Source: an uncultured Burkholderiales bacterium (lineage in GTDB: Bacteria; Pseudomonadota; Gammaproteobacteria; Burkholderiales; SHXO01). Taken from it: 54,027 bases of DNA. This document shows positions 50,320 through 54,027 of the stretch, in pieces. Below the pieces are notes generated by a model that did not search any database, was not told where the DNA came from, and worked only from the letters and a program-made list of their open reading frames with translations. The translations under genes and the position numbers were made by a program. Within the stretch, counting starts at the first letter, position 1. Each line of letters begins with the position of its first letter. Location of the stretch: NCBI GenBank assembly GCA_964386195.1, contig CAYLTE010000004.1, positions 1 to 54,027 on the forward strand, read 5' to 3'.

Positions 50320-50877
50320 TCAGGGAACAGGCTCGACCGAAACGGCCAGCGCCTCGCTGTAGGTGATGTCCACCAAGTCGCCCACCTGGACCTTGCGCAG
50401 GTTCGCCATGTTCGTGGCCTTCACGGTCTGGGAGTGGCCGCGCGGACCCGTCAGGGTGACCGTGCCGTTGGGCAGATCGACGTCGGTGACGGTGGTCGTC
50501 ACGGTGACTTCGCGGCCGACCACGCCGGCAGGCTTCTCGCCCGCTTGCGCCCGCTCCACGCCGGTGCTCTCGACCACGCCCGGCGCGCCCTGCGAAGCCT
50601 TCTTGACCTGCCAGGCAATGGCTTCGGTGTAGCGCACGGTCACCATGTCGCCCACGTCGACCTGCTCGAGGTTGCGCACTTGCGGTCCGGCTTCGATCAC
50701 CCACCAGTCGCCGCTGTCCTCGCCCTCCAGGGTGACAATGCGCGCGTCCCGGTCGATGGCGACGACGCGCGCCTTGGCCTCGACCGTTTCCTGGGTGCCG
50801 CCCGAAGGCTTCTGCACGGCAGCGCAGGCAGTCAGGGCGAGAAGCGCGAATGATACGAGCAGGCGTTGCATTGGCAT
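50320..50877 (-). CDS. lipoprotein with two tandem ~65-aa repeats, paralogue of 20068-20622
   Basis: Trimmed to the ATG at 50875-50877, preceded by AAGGAG at 7-nt spacing (MPMQRLLVSFALLALTAC...). Repeats end ...VGDMVTVRYTEAIAWQV and ...VGDLVDITYSEALAVSV. Confidence 0.7.
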   Translation of the reverse strand: MPMQRLLVSFALLALTACAAVQKPSGGTQETVEAKARVVAIDRDARIVTLEGEDSGDWWVIEAGPQVRNLEQVDVGDMVTVRYTEAIAWQVKKASQGAPGVVESTGVERAQAGEKPAGVVGREVTVTTTVTDVDLPNGTVTLTGPRGHSQTVKATNMANLRKVQVGDLVDITYSEALAVSVEPVP

Positions 50878-51077
50878 TGAACGGCTCCTTGATTGAGGGG
50901 AGTCCCTTCGCAGAGAAGGGTTGCTAGTGGGCGTGGCGCTCGAACGACGGCACCGCGGCTGCCTTCGTTCCGGGCGTTGCGTCTGCATGGACCGCGCAAC
51001 GGCGGCCTACGACCTAGGGATGATCATCCCGATCGGCTCGGTCCGTCAACCTCGGGCGCCTCTGCGTTGCAGCGCGA

Positions 51078-52946
51078 TCAGCCCGTTTGCTGTCCGCGGG
51101 CCGCGCGCGCAGAGAGCCACTGCGTCGCGACGACGATCCCCACGAGCGTGGCACCGATGGCGTCGGTCAATCCACCTGGCTTGATCAGTACGAGCGCGGC
51201 GCCGATCAGCAGCACCCGCTGCCAGGACGATGTCCTCCCCAGCAGATAACCGGAGAATCCGGCCGCCAGGCAGATCACCCCCACGGTCGCGGTCAGCGCC
51301 GTCTGCGCGATGGTCGCGGGTGCGCCGATCATCAGCAGCGACGGGCCGAAGACGAACATGAACGGAATGATGAAGCCGGTCGCGCCGAGCCGCAGCGCCG
51401 CCACGCTGGAATCCCACAGTTGCGCGCGAGAGATGCCGTTGGCCGCGTACACGGCCAACGCCACCGGTGGCGTGATGGCCGACAGGATGGCGAAGTAGAA
51501 CACGAACATGTGCGCCGCCTCGACCGACACGCCGAGCTTGACCAGCGCCGGCACGAGCAGCGCGGTCTGCATGATGTACGCCGGAGCGGTCGGCATGCCC
51601 ATGCCCAGCACGATGCCCGCGACCATGGTGAGCACCAGTGCTAACAGCATGTGGTTGCCCGCAGCGGCGAGCACGAGGTTGGTGAACTCCAGTCCCAGGC
51701 CGGTCAGGAAGATGACGCCGATGACGATCCCGGCGCAGGCGCAGGACAAGGCCACGGTCACGGTGTTGCGCGCCCCCGCTTCGAGTGCCTCGACCAGGTT
51801 GCCCAGGCGCACGTAGCGGCGCGTGCTCGCGCGCAACAGCGCAGTGGGAATGGTGGAGGCGATGCCGCACAGCGCGGCGAAGGGCGCGCTGTAGCCGGCG
51901 ACCAGCACACCGATGATGATGACCAGTGGCAGGAACAGATGACCGCGCTCGCGCAGCACTTCGCCCAGGCGCGGAAGCTCCGAGCGCGGCAAGCCGTGCA
52001 TGCCCAGGCGTCTCGCCTCGAAGTGCACCGACATGAAGATGGCCAGGTAATAGAGCAGCGCGGGCAGCAGCGCGTAGGCGGCGACCTGCAGGTAGCTGAT
52101 GCCGAGGAACTCGGCCATGATGAACGCGGCCGCACCCATGATCGGCGGCATGATCTGGCCGCCGGTCGAGGCAACCGCTTCCACTGCGCCCGCGAACGCC
52201 GGCTTGTAGCCGATGCGCTTCATCAGAGGAATGGTGAACGTCCCGGTGGTCATGACGTTCGCTACTGCGCTGCCGGAGACCGTGCCGAACATGCCGCTGG
52301 TCAGGCACGAGACCTTCGCCGGACCGCCCGCGCTGTGTCCGGTCAGGCTCATGGCGAAGTCCATGAACAGCTGGCCGGTGCCCGTGCGCTCGACCAGCGC
52401 GCCGAACAGGATGAACAGCATCACGTAGGTGGCCGACACGTACAGCGGAATGCCGAAGATGCCCTCGGTCCCGAGATACATCTGCTCGAACAGCAGCTCG
52501 AGGTCGATGCCCGCGACGAACACCGCATAGCCGAGGAAGGCCACCGCCGTGAGCGGCAGCGTCCAACCCACCGCGCGCCGCGTGGCCTCCAGCACGAGCA
52601 GGACGGTCGAGCCCGACAGCACCCAGTCGACGGGTCGTAGTTCGTCCACGTAGATCATCCGGGCGAGGACGTAATCGCGCTCGACCACGAGATAGCCGCA
52701 CACGACCAGGCTGCCGGCCACGAGCAGCAGTTCCTGCCAGCCGGGCGAGTCGGTCGCGGCGCGCGCGTGCGGTGCCAGGGTGAGGAAGGCGAGCACCAGC
52801 GCGAAGGCGAGGTGGACGGTGCGCAGCGTCAGCGCGTCGGGCGGGCCGTACCAGGCGATCCATAGATGGAAGGCGGACATGGCCAGACCGACGCCGGCGA
52901 TGAGCCAGGCGAGCGGTGAGCGTCGGCGCTCGACAGCGGATTCCAT
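51078..52946 (-). CDS. TRAP transporter fused permease (TAXI-type system)
   Basis: 622 aa, highly hydrophobic. N-terminus ...FHLWIAWYGPPDALTLRTVHLAFALVLAFL. ATGA overlap with the upstream receptor gene. Confidence 0.88.
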   Translation of the reverse strand: MESAVERRRSPLAWLIAGVGLAMSAFHLWIAWYGPPDALTLRTVHLAFALVLAFLTLAPHARAATDSPGWQELLLVAGSLVVCGYLVVERDYVLARMIYVDELRPVDWVLSGSTVLLVLEATRRAVGWTLPLTAVAFLGYAVFVAGIDLELLFEQMYLGTEGIFGIPLYVSATYVMLFILFGALVERTGTGQLFMDFAMSLTGHSAGGPAKVSCLTSGMFGTVSGSAVANVMTTGTFTIPLMKRIGYKPAFAGAVEAVASTGGQIMPPIMGAAAFIMAEFLGISYLQVAAYALLPALLYYLAIFMSVHFEARRLGMHGLPRSELPRLGEVLRERGHLFLPLVIIIGVLVAGYSAPFAALCGIASTIPTALLRASTRRYVRLGNLVEALEAGARNTVTVALSCACAGIVIGVIFLTGLGLEFTNLVLAAAGNHMLLALVLTMVAGIVLGMGMPTAPAYIMQTALLVPALVKLGVSVEAAHMFVFYFAILSAITPPVALAVYAANGISRAQLWDSSVAALRLGATGFIIPFMFVFGPSLLMIGAPATIAQTALTATVGVICLAAGFSGYLLGRTSSWQRVLLIGAALVLIKPGGLTDAIGATLVGIVVATQWLSARAARGQQTG

Positions 52947-53929
52947 CAGCGTGCGCCCCCCGCGTGCGCCGCGCCCGCACTTTCAGTGACGTGGGCGGCA
53001 TACCAGCGCGTCGCGGCGCGATGCATGGGCACGCCGATGTCGGTGCCCATGCTGGCGATGGTCGTGTCCTTCATCGCCTTGGCGATGCTGGCGAGATCGC
53101 CCATGCCCGCGACAAGGCCTTCGAGGATCTCGACGACCATTGCATCGGCGAGATCGCAGCGCGCGATCACGTGTGTGGCGTAGCCGATGGTCGGCACCGC
53201 CTCCTCCTGCCCGGGATAGGTCTGCGCCGGAATGACGATGCGCAGATAGCCGGCATTCATCTCGCGCATGCGCGCGAGCGCGTCGTCCGGCACCGGGACC
53301 AGGCGGATGCTGCGTGAGCTGGCGAGATCCATCACTGCGCCGGACGGCACGGACGTGCCGAGGGTGAAGATCTCGGCATTGCCGTCCTTCATGAGCGAGA
53401 CCGAATCGGTGTAGTTGCCGGTATTGAGCCGGCCGAGGTCGTCGTAGTCCATGCCGTACGCCTGCATCAGCTGCAGGGTGATCGCTTCGCCGGTGTTGCC
53501 CTTGGGCTGGGTGGCGAGCGAACGGCCACGGAAATCCTCGGGCGTGCGGATGTCCGAGTCGGCCAGGGCCACGGCCTGGAAGTACTGCGGATACAGCGTG
53601 GCGACGTTGCAGACGTGCGTGGCGCGCGCCTTGAACGGCGCCACGCCGTTGATGGCATCCACGGTCGAGACGGAATTGGCCATGGCGATGTCGGCGCGGC
53701 CGATCTCCACCGCCTTGGCGTTGGCCACGCCCCCGCCCGGAAGCACCTGTACCCACAGCCCGTCCACCCGGCGCTCGAGAATGTTCTTCAATGCGCCCGA
53801 TAGCGGGTACCAGGTGCCGCCCTGCGGACCGGACGCGAGCTTGAGCCGATGATCCCGGTCCGCGCAGCCTGCCAGCAGCGCGGCAAGCAGCGCCGCGGCA
53901 AGCAGGGTCGTCGATACGCGCCAGTGCAC
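52946..53929 (-). CDS. TAXI-family TRAP transporter solute receptor (lipoprotein)
   Basis: 327 aa, GTG start after GGAGGAG. Lipobox LLAGC. ...LASGPQGGTWYPLSGAL...LPGGGVANAKAVEIGRADIAMANS.... Confidence 0.88.
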   Translation of the reverse strand: MHWRVSTTLLAAALLAALLAGCADRDHRLKLASGPQGGTWYPLSGALKNILERRVDGLWVQVLPGGGVANAKAVEIGRADIAMANSVSTVDAINGVAPFKARATHVCNVATLYPQYFQAVALADSDIRTPEDFRGRSLATQPKGNTGEAITLQLMQAYGMDYDDLGRLNTGNYTDSVSLMKDGNAEIFTLGTSVPSGAVMDLASSRSIRLVPVPDDALARMREMNAGYLRIVIPAQTYPGQEEAVPTIGYATHVIARCDLADAMVVEILEGLVAGMGDLASIAKAMKDTTIASMGTDIGVPMHRAATRWYAAHVTESAGAAHAGGAR

Positions 53930-54027
53930 GCACTCCTCCAGATTGTCGTTGTCGTGTGTCCCGCGCGCATTGGCTGGTTTGCGCGCGCGGCCGGCAAGGC
54001 CGCGACGGCCGCGAAGGCTTCCCGGCC

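Noticed and set aside
51017-51030. Perfect 14-bp palindrome GGGATGATCATCCC, 140 nt upstream of the 50320-50877 lipoprotein gene.
   Set aside because: About 3 such palindromes are expected by chance in the window (54027/4^7). No second copy or recognisable promoter context exists. It is recorded but not promoted to a finding.
1-54027. tRNA, rRNA, tmRNA, known riboswitches, prophage, toxin-antitoxin pairs, retrons, diversity-generating retroelements, invertible promoters.
   Set aside because: Reading the intergenic regions on both strands revealed no cloverleaf-like or rRNA-like sequence, no reverse transcriptase or recombinase gene, and no TR/VR-type repeat pair. Covariance-model scans (tRNAscan-SE, Infernal/Rfam) would be needed to exclude small RNAs formally.

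Overview
GC-rich proteobacterial chromosomal segment (about two-thirds G+C by eye, not computed). It is densely packed, with about 50 protein genes. I found no rRNA, tRNA, CRISPR array, transposase, integrase, phage or recognisable defence genes. Stop-poor antisense frames produce many long spurious ORFs in the track, and several real genes had to be trimmed to internal starts.

Gene content, left to right:
- Sulfate assimilation operon cysI-DUF934-cysH-cysD (cysD runs off the left edge and is missing from the ORF track), with cysB upstream.
- Cupin plus serine hydrolase.
- An orphan pair: a 91-aa protein and a 2OG-Fe(II)-oxygenase-like protein.
- hxlR-MFS-dinB, divergent from tetR-SDR.
- Sulfate ABC importer sbp-cysTWA.
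- A PAS3-GGDEF-EAL protein converging on, and overlapping, an mltF-like gene.
- A secreted tandem-domain protein.
- A Tat-amidase downstream of a 1050-aa MalT-like STAND ATPase carrying a C-terminal wHTH+BTAD.
- marC.
- CoA-transferase, enoyl-CoA hydratase and PhyH dioxygenase, converging on an unusual amidohydrolase.
- An Ala-rich orphan protein, an alpha/beta hydrolase, srkA and phaZ.
- tctCBA.
- An IorAB-type molybdenum hydroxylase, then an orphan soxYZ pair, then an octahaem cytochrome fused to HEAT/TPR repeats.
- An arylsulfatase-HAD-outer-membrane-barrel operon.
- DUF2237, a lower-GC lipoprotein gene and a decayed second copy of the DUF2237 3' end.
- A lipoprotein paralogous to the tandem-domain protein.
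- A TAXI-TRAP transporter.

Small hairpin/REP-like repeat families occupy several intergenic gaps.

The most plausible candidate for something undescribed is the co-directional IorAB-soxYZ-octahaem/TPR block at 39.2-45.2 kb. It may be a periplasmic sulfur-carrier oxidation module that uses a xanthine-oxidase-family Mo enzyme. This rests on gene adjacency only and is a hypothesis. Other leads are the DUF2237 partial duplication bracketing a lipoprotein gene, the 91-aa/2OG-oxygenase pair, the paralogous tandem-domain periplasmic proteins and the sulfatase-HAD-porin operon. No claim here comes from a database search. All family calls come from reading the translations.
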